A stretch of 64,000 nt of DNA from an uncultured Acidobacteriota bacterium (GTDB lineage Bacteria > Acidobacteriota > Terriglobia > UBA7540), in NCBI GenBank assembly GCA_963804995.1, contig CAWDSK010000005.1, positions 1-64,000 of the forward strand. Reading direction: 5' to 3'. Shown piece after piece: positions 19,510 through 29,897 of the stretch; position 1 is the stretch's first letter, and the number at the start of each line of letters is the position of its first letter. The notes under the pieces are model-generated. The model was not told the origin of the DNA. It was given only the letters and a program-made list of their open reading frames with translations, and ran no database searches. The position numbers and the translations under genes were made by a program.

Positions 19510-20316
19510 TCAGAAACTCGTCTGCAACAATCCCTCAGCAACGACTTCTGCCGTCATCACACGTGCACTGGACGTGTCACGCACCCGAATGCACTGTCCC
19601 TTGCTCCCAGGTTGCAAGGGGATCACCGTCGTGGTGATCCGCAGGTTATGTCCGAGGATGATCAAAGTGGCGGGCCGCCCCGCTTTCGCGAGCGTCGGAG
19701 GCCGCACCTTCCTTGTGTCAGGGTTCTGGCCCACGAGTGCCGATTTATAGGGGCGAGGCCAGGGCAGAACCGTTGAGGTGACACCCCTTCGGGCCCAGCC
19801 GTTTGCATCACCGGTCGTCTCGACTGGAATCCCTGCTAGGTTCGAGATTTCCTCCGGCCTCAATTCCTGCCCAATGACTAACCCCAAGGCTTGCGGCTCC
19901 CACCAGGTGGCCACGTGAAAAGGAAGAAGTTGCGGCTCTTTGGAGGTCCAAAGTTCAAAGACGGTTTCACGGCGGATGGGGTCGAACCCGATTCCCTTGA
20001 CTTGTAACCCTGCGTCCCTCCCGGAGACCGTCACCCCGAGCTGGATTTTCAGATCCTCAGGCCGCAACTTTCCCGATTCCCGAAGGCCTCGGCGGGCCAA
20101 ATCGTCACTGATCGCCTGGAAGATTTCCTGGCGCGTAAGCGTGCGTGCAGTGTGCGGCGGGTTGGATTCCTCAACCCGGGAGGCGTCGACCGGGCGCCTG
20201 CGGAGCGCCGGGGACGCGGAGCGGGCGGCCGGAAAGCTTATTACCACCAGCAGCACTGAAAGCGACGAAATCACTCGGCTTCTAGGTCTCACCGACTTGT
20301 GGGTTGCGTGTTCCAT
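19510..20316 (-). CDS. flgA: P-ring formation chaperone FlgA
   Basis: Signal peptide; C-terminal LQPGSKGQCIRVRD...AEVV pattern; synteny. Confidence 0.75.
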   Translation of the reverse strand: MEHATHKSVRPRSRVISSLSVLLVVISFPAARSASPALRRRPVDASRVEESNPPHTARTLTRQEIFQAISDDLARRGLRESGKLRPEDLKIQLGVTVSGRDAGLQVKGIGFDPIRRETVFELWTSKEPQLLPFHVATWWEPQALGLVIGQELRPEEISNLAGIPVETTGDANGWARRGVTSTVLPWPRPYKSALVGQNPDTRKVRPPTLAKAGRPATLIILGHNLRITTTVIPLQPGSKGQCIRVRDTSSARVMTAEVVAEGLLQTSF

Positions 20317-21107
20317 TAATGGGCCATGTTATTAACGTCTTGCAGCATCTGATCGGCCGCCGACACGACCTTCGAGTTGGACTCGTAGGCCCGCTGGGTG
20401 ACAATCATCTGGATGAACTCATCCACCACATTAATGTTGGAATTCTTGAGCATGCCCTGCTGGAGGGTACCCAAGCCTTCGGACCCACCCGGACTCCCCA
20501 CAATGGGATCGCCCGAGGCAGTGGTGGGAGTAAACAGATTGTTGCCATTGCTTAACAGGCCCCCGGGGTTCGGAAAGGTGGCAAGTTGGATCGTGCCCAC
20601 TTGCTGGGCATTGGTTTGTCCCGGTTGGGTCACGGTCACGGTGCCGTCGGTGCCAACACTGACCGTGAGGGCGCCATTGGGGATGGTCACAGCCGGCTCC
20701 AGAGGGTCGCCGCTAGCCGTGACGACGGTCCCTTGCTGATCCAGATGGAAAGTTCCCGCCCGCGTGTAGGCAGTTTCCCCGTTCGCCTGCTTCACTTGGA
20801 AGAACCCCTGGCCTTGAATCGCCAAATCTAAGGAGTTCCCCGTACTGGTATATTCACCCTGTGTTTGCAGGACCTCGGAAGCTGAGGCGCGAGTTCCCAG
20901 GCCGATTTGCAATCCGGCTGATACGGTTGTCTGCTGCGTGGCGGCCGATCCGGGTACGACCATCTCCTGATAGATCAAATCCTGAAACTGCAGCCGGGTC
21001 CCGCGGAAGCCCACCGTGCTGGCATTCGCGAGGTTGTTGGCAATATTATCGAGATTGAGTTGCTGGGCGAGCATGCCGCTCGCGGCCGTGTAAAGGGCTC
21101 GGAACAT
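20316..21107 (-). CDS. flgG: Flagellar basal-body rod protein FlgG
   Basis: MFRALYTAASGMLAQQ...NNLANAST; YTRAG; QRAYESNSK. Confidence 0.96.
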   Translation of the reverse strand: MFRALYTAASGMLAQQLNLDNIANNLANASTVGFRGTRLQFQDLIYQEMVVPGSAATQQTTVSAGLQIGLGTRASASEVLQTQGEYTSTGNSLDLAIQGQGFFQVKQANGETAYTRAGTFHLDQQGTVVTASGDPLEPAVTIPNGALTVSVGTDGTVTVTQPGQTNAQQVGTIQLATFPNPGGLLSNGNNLFTPTTASGDPIVGSPGGSEGLGTLQQGMLKNSNINVVDEFIQMIVTQRAYESNSKVVSAADQMLQDVNNMAH

Positions 21108-21123
21108 ACCACTCTCCTTCGAT

Positions 21124-21861
21124 CTAAGACACGCGCGGAAGCTCTTGGGCCGCCGTGGCGTTAAACGTGTTGTGGAAAATCGACAACGCCTGCTGCAACA
21201 GTTGCGCTTGGCGCTGCAAGGTAATCAAGCTCACCGCGCCCGCCACCGGATTCAGATTGGAACTTTCCAGCGTCCCTTGGGAGAGACGTGGGTCGTCGGC
21301 AGGCAACTCTGACCCTGGGGGGGCTTGGTAGAGAGAATTCCCCTCCGGAACCAAAGTAGTCGTCGGCGCGAAGGTGACCAGCTTCAGATTGGCCACCACC
21401 GCACCTTGCTGAGAAATCGTGCCGTCGGAGCTGATGGATATGGTGCCGCCGGGGAGATCGATGGGGCCTTGCTCACCCATTACGGGGTCACCGGTCGTCG
21501 TCACCATGCGGCCCGAGGCGTCTGTCCGAAAAGTTCCGTTGCGGGTGTAGCGCACTCCCGCGGCGGTCTGGACCACGAAGAATCCGGAGCCCTGGAGCGC
21601 CAAGTCCAACTCGTTACCGGTCTTCTCAAACTCACCCTTTTTCAGGTCCAACGCCGCTCCACCCAATACTCCATAGTCGTTTACAGCTTGGTTGAGCGAA
21701 CTGAGGTCTCTCGTCCCCAGGCTGGCCGTGAACGAGCGATAGAACTCCAATTGCGACTTGTAGCCGGTCGTACCCAGATTGGCCAGATTGTTGGCCACTA
21801 GTTCCAAGGCATCCGTCTTGGCCAGCAATCCCGTACAAGCGGCATAAAATCCACTGTCCAT
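21124..21861 (-). CDS. flgF: Flagellar basal-body rod protein FlgF
   Basis: ANNLANLGTTGYK, YTRNG and LESSN motifs; upstream of flgG. Confidence 0.9.
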   Translation of the reverse strand: MDSGFYAACTGLLAKTDALELVANNLANLGTTGYKSQLEFYRSFTASLGTRDLSSLNQAVNDYGVLGGAALDLKKGEFEKTGNELDLALQGSGFFVVQTAAGVRYTRNGTFRTDASGRMVTTTGDPVMGEQGPIDLPGGTISISSDGTISQQGAVVANLKLVTFAPTTTLVPEGNSLYQAPPGSELPADDPRLSQGTLESSNLNPVAGAVSLITLQRQAQLLQQALSIFHNTFNATAAQELPRVS

Positions 21862-22076
21862 ATTGAATCTCCCCACAGGCTTCTAAGCAGGAGAGGGACC
21901 ATGCAGGCAGGGCGGAGTTAATTCTCGTAAGTTATGGAATAAACATAGGTTGGTTAGCATCTGGGAGATCATCCCGGGGGGGGAGTATGACGTGGCATGG
22001 GGAACAAGCTGCCGAGCGGCCTACCGGTGGCTAGGCAAGATCTTCCCAGTTACTTCTCCGAGTGTGGCAAGGCTTG

Positions 22077-22646
22077 TTAGCTGCTATGGAGGTCCAACGT
22101 CATCCAGACGAGGGCTCCTTCAAACGTCCGTGAAACCTGGATCCGCAAGCCATCGACCAACGGATACAGTTGATAGTCCTTGCCGCTCACCACGGTGGGG
22201 ACCGAGAGCATGCACTGATCGGCAATGCCAGAGAGGCGGCCTTTGAAAGAACCGGCCACCATATTGCAGATTTCTCCCAGCGCATCGCGGATGCACTCCT
22301 GGGAGGCGTGTTCGTCTGAGCCCAACATCCGTGCCGCGATCAGGGCGGCAGACTCGCCACCGCACCGGAAGCTCAGGACGCCACACAGGCTTCCTGCCAA
22401 GCCGATCATGGCAGTGAAATCGGCAACGCGCGGCAGGGTGGATTCTTCCACCGCCCCCAGGGGGGTTCCGACCATCATCTCGAAGACCTCTTGCGCGGCG
22501 TTTTCCAGAGATTCCGTGAACCGCTGCCGGTTTTCCTCGCGGGATAACTCCCCCAATTTGGGACTTGGTCGTGAGGGACCCGAGGATTTAGCCGAAAGTA
22601 TGAGTTGCACCCTGTTCGAACCTACAGGGCTGAGATCAGAATTCAT
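22077..22646 (-). CDS. cheX: CheX-like chemotaxis phosphatase
   Basis: DALGEICNMVAG...LSVPTVVSG. Confidence 0.88.
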   Translation of the reverse strand: MNSDLSPVGSNRVQLILSAKSSGPSRPSPKLGELSREENRQRFTESLENAAQEVFEMMVGTPLGAVEESTLPRVADFTAMIGLAGSLCGVLSFRCGGESAALIAARMLGSDEHASQECIRDALGEICNMVAGSFKGRLSGIADQCMLSVPTVVSGKDYQLYPLVDGLRIQVSRTFEGALVWMTLDLHSS

Positions 22647-22648
22647 AA

Positions 22649-23029
22649 TTACCCCGCCAGGAGTGGAATGAGTCGTTCTTTGATTTGGTCCGGACTGAAA
22701 GGTTTACGGATATAGCCCCGCGCCCCACACGACAGTGCCTGAACGACGTGGCTTTCGCCGGCTTCTGTTGTCACCATTACGATCGGCACGCCCTTGGCAT
22801 TCTCCAGAGCTTGAAGTTGGCGTACGAGCTCAATGCCGTCCATGGTCGGCATGTTGATGTCGCTCAGGATAAGGTCCACCCGAGTTTCTTGGACGCGCGC
22901 CAAGGCCTCCGCGCCATTTCCCGCCTCGAAGACCTCCGTGATCTCCAGGCCCGCTTGGCGCAGAGAGCGATCAACAATTTTCCTCATTACCGCAGAGTCG
23001 TCCACAATCAATACACGCAGCCCGCTCAT
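22649..23029 (-). CDS. cheY: CheY-like single-domain response regulator
   Basis: LIVDDS, DINMP, VTT and KPF motifs. Confidence 0.9.
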   Translation of the reverse strand: MSGLRVLIVDDSAVMRKIVDRSLRQAGLEITEVFEAGNGAEALARVQETRVDLILSDINMPTMDGIELVRQLQALENAKGVPIVMVTTEAGESHVVQALSCGARGYIRKPFSPDQIKERLIPLLAG

Positions 23030-24054
23030 GCTCGTCCCTCAGTTTCACGGAAAGGATTTTTAGGAATTCCGCCGCCAAACAGGCCGGCGGCCCCGAATTC
23101 TAACAATTGAATCAAATGGAGAAAGTCCGTCTCAAGCAATTCCCCCAGCTTCGCTACCTGAGTTGGGTCTAATGTCGGCAGGCAAGCTGCCAGGATCTCT
23201 TGATTCGGATTGGCACTGGATACAGGAAGCTCTGGGGGGGTGGCGCCCAGCACCACACCTCTTTGAACACAGAACTGGTCTGCTGCCGCTACCGCTCCCA
23301 CCAACGGTTGGTCCTGTTTGGCGTTGCGGGGATCGTGATGATTTACCATGACTTCCAGCAGGGAGCGAGGAAAATTCCAGGAAACTCCGATCCAGTGGCC
23401 AACCTCGCAATGGTCAGTCCCAAAGCGCTCCCGCTCCAAAGTGATGGACTCACCCCAACTCTCGGAGGAGGGTTCACCGCTCTTATTTGCATCGGACGAG
23501 CTGATGATCAAAAGGGGCAGAGCCCCAATGTCATGCAGAAGTCCCGCGATGTAGGCCTGCTCGGGTTGGGGATAAGCAATCCCCCGGGCTAAGCGCTCAC
23601 CCAAGGTGGCTGTGAGGAAACAGTGTTGCCAAAAGGACTGGATGTCCTCCGACATCAATCTGTGGCCCGCGTATTCCACCAGCGAGCAGGTGAGCACCAG
23701 CGTGCGTAGCCTCTCTGACCCCAGCAGGACCACAGCGTGTTCAATACTCTTTACTCTCTCTCGGAATCCCAGGAAGGCCGAGTTGCAGAGCCGGATGACC
23801 TGCGCGGAAAGGCTGGGGTCCGTCCGGATGACCTCACCGACGCGTTTGAGATTTACCGGAGTCGTAGCCAGCAGGCTATTCAGCTCAAAAACATAGGCGG
23901 GTAAGGTTGGTAATCCATCCGAAAGCGAGGCCATCAGGGCCAGCCTGCGACTTTGCTTGGCCTCGGGATCTTGGGGGCTGGGCGAGTTTGAAGCGACAAC
24001 CTCTTCGGGAGACAGCAAGCGCACATTTTCGTCAGGCCTATACATTATCCCCAC
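23026..24054 (-). CDS. HDOD domain protein
   Basis: LPTLP, DPSLSAQVIRLCNSA, AGLLHDIG and DHCEVG...WNFP motifs. Confidence 0.92.
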   Translation of the reverse strand: MGIMYRPDENVRLLSPEEVVASNSPSPQDPEAKQSRRLALMASLSDGLPTLPAYVFELNSLLATTPVNLKRVGEVIRTDPSLSAQVIRLCNSAFLGFRERVKSIEHAVVLLGSERLRTLVLTCSLVEYAGHRLMSEDIQSFWQHCFLTATLGERLARGIAYPQPEQAYIAGLLHDIGALPLLIISSSDANKSGEPSSESWGESITLERERFGTDHCEVGHWIGVSWNFPRSLLEVMVNHHDPRNAKQDQPLVGAVAAADQFCVQRGVVLGATPPELPVSSANPNQEILAACLPTLDPTQVAKLGELLETDFLHLIQLLEFGAAGLFGGGIPKNPFRETEGRA

Positions 24055-24063
24055 CAGATGTGC

Positions 24064-24090
24064 ACATCGGCATAATCCGTTTGTCCTTTA
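24064..24090 (-). promoter_or_regulatory. Sigma-28 promoter of the HDOD-cheY-cheX operon
   Basis: Minus strand TAAA-N15-GCCGATGT. Confidence 0.75.
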
Positions 24091-24439
24091 GCTAATAAAC
24101 CGGCAGGAAGGTTCGTGGGCCGTGAGTAATCGGGTGATTGGGCCATCGGTAAATCGGGTCATTTGGCCATCGAGTCATTGTGCGATTGCCGAGCTTCAGC
24201 TAGATTTGCGGGCTCATGTAGGGGTGGCAACCCACCGATATCCGATAGGGGGGAGTGTGCCACGGCCGGGTCCCAATCAGTAAGGCTGGGTGTTAGTGCC
24301 TGATCCTCCTCGGGGCGGGCCTCTCACCCAGTCTTCCCGACTTCATCCTGCGTCGCGAACCTACCGATAACCGATATGGGGGAGTGTGCCACGGGCGGGT
24401 GAAGTCGGTCAGGTTGGTGACCACCTCTTGATGCTCTTA

Positions 24440-24975
24440 GAGCCCGGACATCGCGGGGTGAGGTGACGCTCAAGGTGGACCTGGTCAGCGAAGCAGGGCT
24501 GGGCAAACGTGCGAGGCATTTCCAGTCCCACATCGGAATAATTGGTGGGACAAGGGCCGCTACGCCCCGCTACGGGCAACATCTGGGACACCCCTGGGGG
24601 CCAAAATGTCCGGGGGCGGGCCCTCACTTCCGACCTGGGTGCCATGCGCACGACCCAGGAATTCGCCGCGGCGGTGGCCGAGCCTTCCAGGCGGTGGCGC
24701 CGGTTTCCCGCGCCCCCTCGCCTTTTCTTCTTGCCGCCTTTTACGTCTTCCGCAGGTGGCGAAGCACGATGCGCAGCTTGCCCCCATTACGAACAACCCC
24801 AGCGGCCAAGCGATGGGCAATTGGGGATGGAGCTGTTTTGCCGCGGGAATCATCCCGGTGAGCATAAAGACGAAAAACGGGATCGGGCGATACTCAAATA
24901 CCCAGCACGTTGCCCAGCAAAGGCTGAATGCGCGCGGTGCGACGGTGCAGGCACTCAAGCGGTGCAGCCCCTAAG
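24440..24975 (-). pseudogene. Degenerate inverted copy of the DUF1648/tartrate-dehydrogenase 3' junction (~45945-46435)
   Basis: Shares e.g. GCTCGGCCACCGCCGCGGCGAATTCCTGGGTCGT, and encodes FFVFMLTGMI...LPIAWPLG versus FFVFMLNGII...LPIAWPLG; many substitutions and indels. Confidence 0.8.
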
Positions 24976-26020
24976 AATTCCGGTTATCTAGCTTGCAGCG
25001 CGGCGAAAGCCCGCACTGCTGGAAGATCCATCCGCCATTAAGATGGGCGGACCTACGACCGTGGGCTCCGCAATGCAATACCGTAGATTCTTGTTTTTTT
25101 AGACAAGAATATTTTGCTCCGAACTGACCCCTCACCCGTCCCGCGTCCCGATCAAGTGCATCGGGACCACGGTCCACCCTCTCCCCTGCGGAGAGGGCTA
25201 TGATTTTCTTTTGGTTGTGGCTCCGCCGCCCTGCGTTACCTCTCGATCGCGGGCGGCGCCCAGACACATCGGGGCGCCCCGAGAACCCCGACAACCTCTC
25301 TGTCACTCGCCTGCGATCTTGATATCCCAAGAACGCGCCAGGGTTTGCCTGAACCGCGATATAATGCCGCAGAATTACGAACCAACCCTGCCACAGAGGG
25401 AAGAGTTTGCGAGGGCGCCATGCAAGGCCCGATTCCAAATGCCAACTTGAGGCTCACCGATATTCCTTCGGCGAATGCGGATTGGCCTACGATCAACGAG
25501 TTCGCACTCACCTTTGACGGCTACGGAGCCTGGGGCTTAGCCAGCAAGTCTGCACTCGGAGGGCGTCCATGCCTGAAGAAATCGATCGCCAATCCATCAT
25601 TGACGGAGCGGGGTAGCCACGGTCAGTGGGGTTCTGACCGTGGGTTCTTCTGGCGGTGGTCGAGTTAAAGGAATTTTGTTCTGGATAAGGCGACGGTGGC
25701 GGCGTGTCCCATTCAGATTGACCATGTGCGGATAGCGCTGGGATATCGGGCATCAGAAAAGCCCACGGTCAGAAAAACGCTGACCGTGACTACCCCGCTC
25801 CCCTCCTGATTTAGGAGGGGTGGCGCCGGAGGCGACGGGGTGGTTACGCGAGCGCCTGTGGCGACGGGGTCGTTACGCCTGAGGAGGGGAGCATTTTCAG
25901 GACAACAGGAGGCAGGGCTGCGTTGAGAATTCGAAGCGTTCGCCAATTTGGACAGGGGCGAGCGGCGCTCGCCCCGGGCCGAACGCCGTTCGGCCCTACG
26001 TCCCCAGCTACCCACATAAA

Positions 26021-27139
26021 CTACTGCCCACGCAGCCAATTCAAGGCTTGCTGCGAAGTGGGAGGGCCGAGGTTGGGCGGGATCTCCCCCGTCAACGACA
26101 TGAGGAAGGCTGTCAGGTCAGCGATCTCCTGCCGCGTCAGGAAATCCAAGGGGTGAATTTCCTTGTCGCGGTAGGGATTGGAATTGCCTCCGCCGATGTA
26201 GAAGTCGAGAACCTCTTTCAAATTCTTGTGACTCCCATCGTGCATGTAGGGGGCAGTCAAAGCGATATTCCGCAGGGACGGGGTTCGGAAGGCGCCTTTA
26301 TCAGCCTCAACTCCTGTGACCTTGAACCGCCCCAGGTCGGTCAATTCCGCTTCACCGTTGATGGTGAGCTTCACCCCCACGCCCAGGTTGTGGAATTTGT
26401 TGTCTGTGAACAGCGCGTACTTCTCCCCGATCGTGTGGCACTCGGCACAATCGCCTTTCTTGCGATTGCGGAACACTTCCAGTCCACGTTGGGCGGAGGC
26501 GCTCAAAGCCTTCTTGTCCCCGCCATACATATAGCGATCGAAGGGAGAGTTGCCGCTCACCACAGTGCGTTCAAACGAGGCGATGGATTTCTCCACCATC
26601 TCGTAAGTGATGACGTCAGCTCCCCAGGCCTTCTTGAATTCCGCCCGGTAAGAGGGGTCAGCATTTAACTTCTGTTCCACCGCGGTAAGGGTGTTGCCCA
26701 TCTCGACCGGATTCGCCACGGGGCCCTCTGCCTGTTGTTCCAGGCTGGCGGCCCGCCCATCCCAAAACTGCGTGGTGTAATAGGCGGCGTTGAAAACTGT
26801 GGAGGAATTGCGGTTGCCTTTCTGTTGGCGGACCCCATCCGAAAACTGCTTCCCGTCGCTGAAACCAAATTTGGGGTCATGGCAACTGGCGCAAGAGATG
26901 GTGCTATCCACGGAAAGGGCCGTGTCGTAATACAGCCTGCGACCCAGCGCGACCGTCTCCGCCGTCGGGGGATTATCGGCCGGAATGGGAACGGGCGGAA
27001 GTCCCAGGGGCGCGACAATCTCGATGGGAGTCCCGGTCGGCTTCGCTGCGGGCCGAGGGGTGGATTTGTTGCCGCATGAAATGAAAATCTGGCAAAGCGC
27101 CAGCAGGGCGAGAATCAAAATGATTCGCTGCGCACGCAT
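26021..27139 (-). CDS. Di-haem cytochrome c peroxidase (CCP/MauG family), probable lipoprotein
   Basis: CASCH and CAECH haem motifs, QFWDGRA, FRTPSLRN, PYMHDG; likely start MRAQRII with a signal ending FISC. Confidence 0.92.
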   Translation of the reverse strand: MRAQRIILILALLALCQIFISCGNKSTPRPAAKPTGTPIEIVAPLGLPPVPIPADNPPTAETVALGRRLYYDTALSVDSTISCASCHDPKFGFSDGKQFSDGVRQQKGNRNSSTVFNAAYYTTQFWDGRAASLEQQAEGPVANPVEMGNTLTAVEQKLNADPSYRAEFKKAWGADVITYEMVEKSIASFERTVVSGNSPFDRYMYGGDKKALSASAQRGLEVFRNRKKGDCAECHTIGEKYALFTDNKFHNLGVGVKLTINGEAELTDLGRFKVTGVEADKGAFRTPSLRNIALTAPYMHDGSHKNLKEVLDFYIGGGNSNPYRDKEIHPLDFLTRQEIADLTAFLMSLTGEIPPNLGPPTSQQALNWLRGQ

Positions 27140-27323
27140 GAGGGTGGCCTCCGCTTGGAAGTGAATGCTATTTTGCGAGGACTTCGTGGCTTCCTGGCTG
27201 ACCTGGAGGTGCGTCCGGCTGCCCCGTGGCCAAGCCGACCGCCAAGGCCGCTCGAGAAGAGGAGCATATACTAGCACATCAGCGAGTGCCTTCGCACGGC
27301 GGAGCCGCATGAGAAAGGCAGAA

Positions 27324-27372
27324 GGCTAAAGGCTAAAGGCAAAAGGCAAAAGGCTAAAGGCTAAAGGCTAAA
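27324..27372 (+). repeat. Heptamer simple repeat (GGCTAAA/GGCAAAA) x7
   Basis: Directly visible in the sequence. Confidence 0.85.
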
Positions 27373-27822
27373 GTAAAGAGTCTCTGCTGGGGGTTGCTTG
27401 CCACTAGAACCTTCCCCCCTCACCTCCCGGCCCCTCTGTCGCCGCGGCGACCGAGGGGGGGCCTTAATTTGGATTTACGCGGATGAGAGCGGGAGGTTGG
27501 TTTGAACTCATAACCCTCGCCCCTTTGGGGGAGAGGGTGGACCGCTGCCGGCGTTTTCATCAGCCGGAGCGGGACGGGTGAGGGGGTCACCTATTTTAGC
27601 AGGCAGCAGCGCGACAGAACCACATGAGAAAACCGAAAGACAAAAGGCAAAATGCAAAAGGCAAAATTGCGACTACCATCCCCATATTTTGTTCCTCTTC
27701 GCTCCCCTGGAACCGTGGAAAATTTTCTCGAACCATGAAATTTTCTCCTTATTGAAAAGCCTGCCTGGACCCCAACTGTGAAGTAACTACCTTGTTGTCA
27801 ATTAGTTATAAGTATAGGTTTC

Positions 27823-27837
27823 TGGCACGCGGGGTGC
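27823..27837 (+). promoter_or_regulatory. Putative sigma-54 promoter
   Basis: TGGCAC-N6-TGC with correct -24/-12 spacing; AT-rich IHF-like TCAATTAGTTA upstream. Confidence 0.6.
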
Positions 27838-27889
27838 CTCCCATTATTCTGCTCGCGTCGGAAGAGTGTTAGGTGAAGGGGAGGGAATC

Positions 27890-28888
27890 ATGAACGAAGA
27901 ACGGACGCCATTGCACGAGTCTCAAGATTCAGCAACGCATTCGCAGGAAACTCCGGTGGGAGATTTTCACGAATCGTCGTCAAGCGGCCGCGGATTGAAG
28001 ATCGGGGTCATCTTGCTCGCCTTGGCGGCGGGTTTCGCGGGAACTTACGCTTGGGTACAACAGCGCGCGGTGCGCGACCTTGTTTCCAACCGAGATCAGC
28101 TCAGCGCTTCGCTCCAGCAGATGCACAGCGAGGAGGCGGCTTTAAACGCCAAGATTAATGCCCTGAGTGCCGCGCAGACGGCGGCAAGCGCTCCCCCGGA
28201 AACTGGGGAAGTGAAGAATTCACAATTCGCGCCTCGAACGGGTGAGACGCCGCGCAGCTCTACACGTCATGTCGTGGCTCACCGCCGTCCCGCCGATGAC
28301 CCACGCTGGAAGCAAATCCAAGAACAACTGGGCAAGCAGGAAAAAGAGCTGGACGAAGACAAGCAGAAGATTGCCGAGACCCAGACCAATCTGGACCAGG
28401 CCAAATCCGAGCTGCAAAGCAATCTTGAATCTGCACGCAGCGAACTGGGCGGCGACATCGCTCGCAATCACGGCGAACTGGTGGCTTTGCAGAAAAAGGG
28501 CGAGCGGAATTACTACGAGTTTGACATCCCGAAATCGAAGACCTATCACCACACGGGTCCGATCAGCATCGCCGTGCGCAAGGTTAACGACAAGCAGGAG
28601 TACTGTGACCTGGATATGGTGATCAATGACTCCACGCTCTCCCGGAAACACGTGAACCTTTATGAGTCGGTGGCGTTCTATCCGGAGGGCTACCCCTTGC
28701 CGCTGGAAGTGGTTATCAACCGCATCGCCAAAGACTCCATACACGGTTACGTGAGCGAGCCGAAATATCGCACCAACACCGCGCAGGCCGTGTCGCCGGT
28801 CCCCACACCCACCACGGCGTCGGTCAGTCCCGCTGCCGCTGCTACGCCCGACCCCACGCTTCAACACCGTCCGGATGACGCGCACTGA
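27890..28888 (+). CDS. Membrane-anchored coiled-coil hypothetical protein (paralogue of 42651-43556)
   Basis: Single TM segment, coiled coil, IARNH...KKGERNYYEF...VVINRI...GYVSEPK. Confidence 0.8.
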   Translation: MNEERTPLHESQDSATHSQETPVGDFHESSSSGRGLKIGVILLALAAGFAGTYAWVQQRAVRDLVSNRDQLSASLQQMHSEEAALNAKINALSAAQTAASAPPETGEVKNSQFAPRTGETPRSSTRHVVAHRRPADDPRWKQIQEQLGKQEKELDEDKQKIAETQTNLDQAKSELQSNLESARSELGGDIARNHGELVALQKKGERNYYEFDIPKSKTYHHTGPISIAVRKVNDKQEYCDLDMVINDSTLSRKHVNLYESVAFYPEGYPLPLEVVINRIAKDSIHGYVSEPKYRTNTAQAVSPVPTPTTASVSPAAAATPDPTLQHRPDDAH

Positions 28889-28960
28889 GGCTCGAATATC
28901 TGATGGCTGCAGGGGAGGTTCAGCACGCCTCCCCCGGGGCTAATTTGAGGAGGCACCACC

Positions 28961-29095
28961 ATGAAACCTGAAGTCATTTTCATGGCGGGAATCGCCGGCA
29001 CCTCGATGGGGATTGGCGCACTAGCGGCCGGAGGCACGGGCCTGGCCATCGGCGCCATCGTGGGTGGCTGTGTAGGCTTGAAACTTCTCCTCTGA
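28961..29095 (+). CDS. 44-aa glycine-zipper hydrophobic peptide, not in the ORF track
   Basis: GAGGAGG RBS; MKPEVIFMAGIAGTSMGIGALAAGGTGLAIGAIVGGCVGLKLLL; followed by a strong hairpin. Confidence 0.65.
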   Translation: MKPEVIFMAGIAGTSMGIGALAAGGTGLAIGAIVGGCVGLKLLL

Positions 29096-29143
29096 ACCGA
29101 GCCCCAGGTGGTGAACCCACCGGGGCTCGGTTGCCCCCTTTTT
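29096..29143 (+). terminator. Probable intrinsic terminator hairpin
   Basis: ACCGAGCCCC...GGGGCTCGGT stem with a downstream T run. Confidence 0.6.
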
Positions 29144-29327
29144 GTCCGACAATTTGGGTTTGGGACAGTCTGATGTAGAAGCGGGTCTATCCCGCGACTT
29201 GGCGAGGTAAACTCGCCGCTACAACATTAAACTGAACCTCCACTGATGGAACGGCATTTGCTTTGGACAATTAGGGGCGGGACTTTCGCTCAGCGACACA
29301 GTGTCCGATTTCCCCGGAGGATGGATT

Positions 29328-29618
29328 ATGACAACGTTAATGACCATGTGTGCGGTCTGGGCAGTGATTACGCTCACCTTTGCTATTCTGCTCCTGTACC
29401 GTCGGAGCCTTACCAAGCAGGAATCGGATTGGATTCCGTTGACCGACGATGCGCGGGAAGAGAAGGCCATTGCGGCCCAAACGATTATCGAGATGAAAAC
29501 CCGCAAATTGACCGTTCCGATTCGGACCCTGGGAACGCTTTCGGTGGTTATGCTGCTGGTAATCGTGGGCTTCTACCTTTACCTTAGCATCACCACACCG
29601 CCACCGATGCCGCAGTAA
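29328..29618 (+). CDS. Small two-TM membrane protein
   Basis: GGAGG RBS; two hydrophobic segments; hairpin downstream at 29649-29670. Confidence 0.7.
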   Translation: MTTLMTMCAVWAVITLTFAILLLYRRSLTKQESDWIPLTDDAREEKAIAAQTIIEMKTRKLTVPIRTLGTLSVVMLLVIVGFYLYLSITTPPPMPQ

Positions 29619-29897
29619 CGTTGGTTCCGTGAACGACCAGTCAAGAGTGGGGCACTGCGTAAAGTGCCCCGCTGTGTCTTTTGAGGCCCCCCTCGGTCAC
29701 GCTTCGCGCGGGCCACTCTTTTGTTGGGCGTTCTCCCCAGCGCCCAAGAAGCAACTTCCCCCCAATGCAGACAAATCTCCCCCAAAACTGAGTTGAATCT
29801 TTGCCCAGCGAGGCAAGCCGCTATAAGTCCGGTGCGATTCATCCGCCGTTGGGGGTTAGGAATGCCAGTTTGCACTTGGATTCAAATGCGCGAAGGG

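Noticed and set aside
21886..21902. Sigma-54 promoter upstream of flgF
   Set aside because: GG/GC spacing fits on the minus strand (TGGTCC...CTGC), but the match to consensus is too weak to call.
24440..24975. DGR template/variable repeat pair with 45945-46435
   Set aside because: Differences affect all four bases and include many indels, and the only RT is a typical group II intron protein within its own ribozyme.
25420..25668. Intact gene (MQGPIPNANL...INEFALTFDGY)
   Set aside because: The N-terminal part looks protein-like but the rest degenerates; probably a fragment, with no assignable family.
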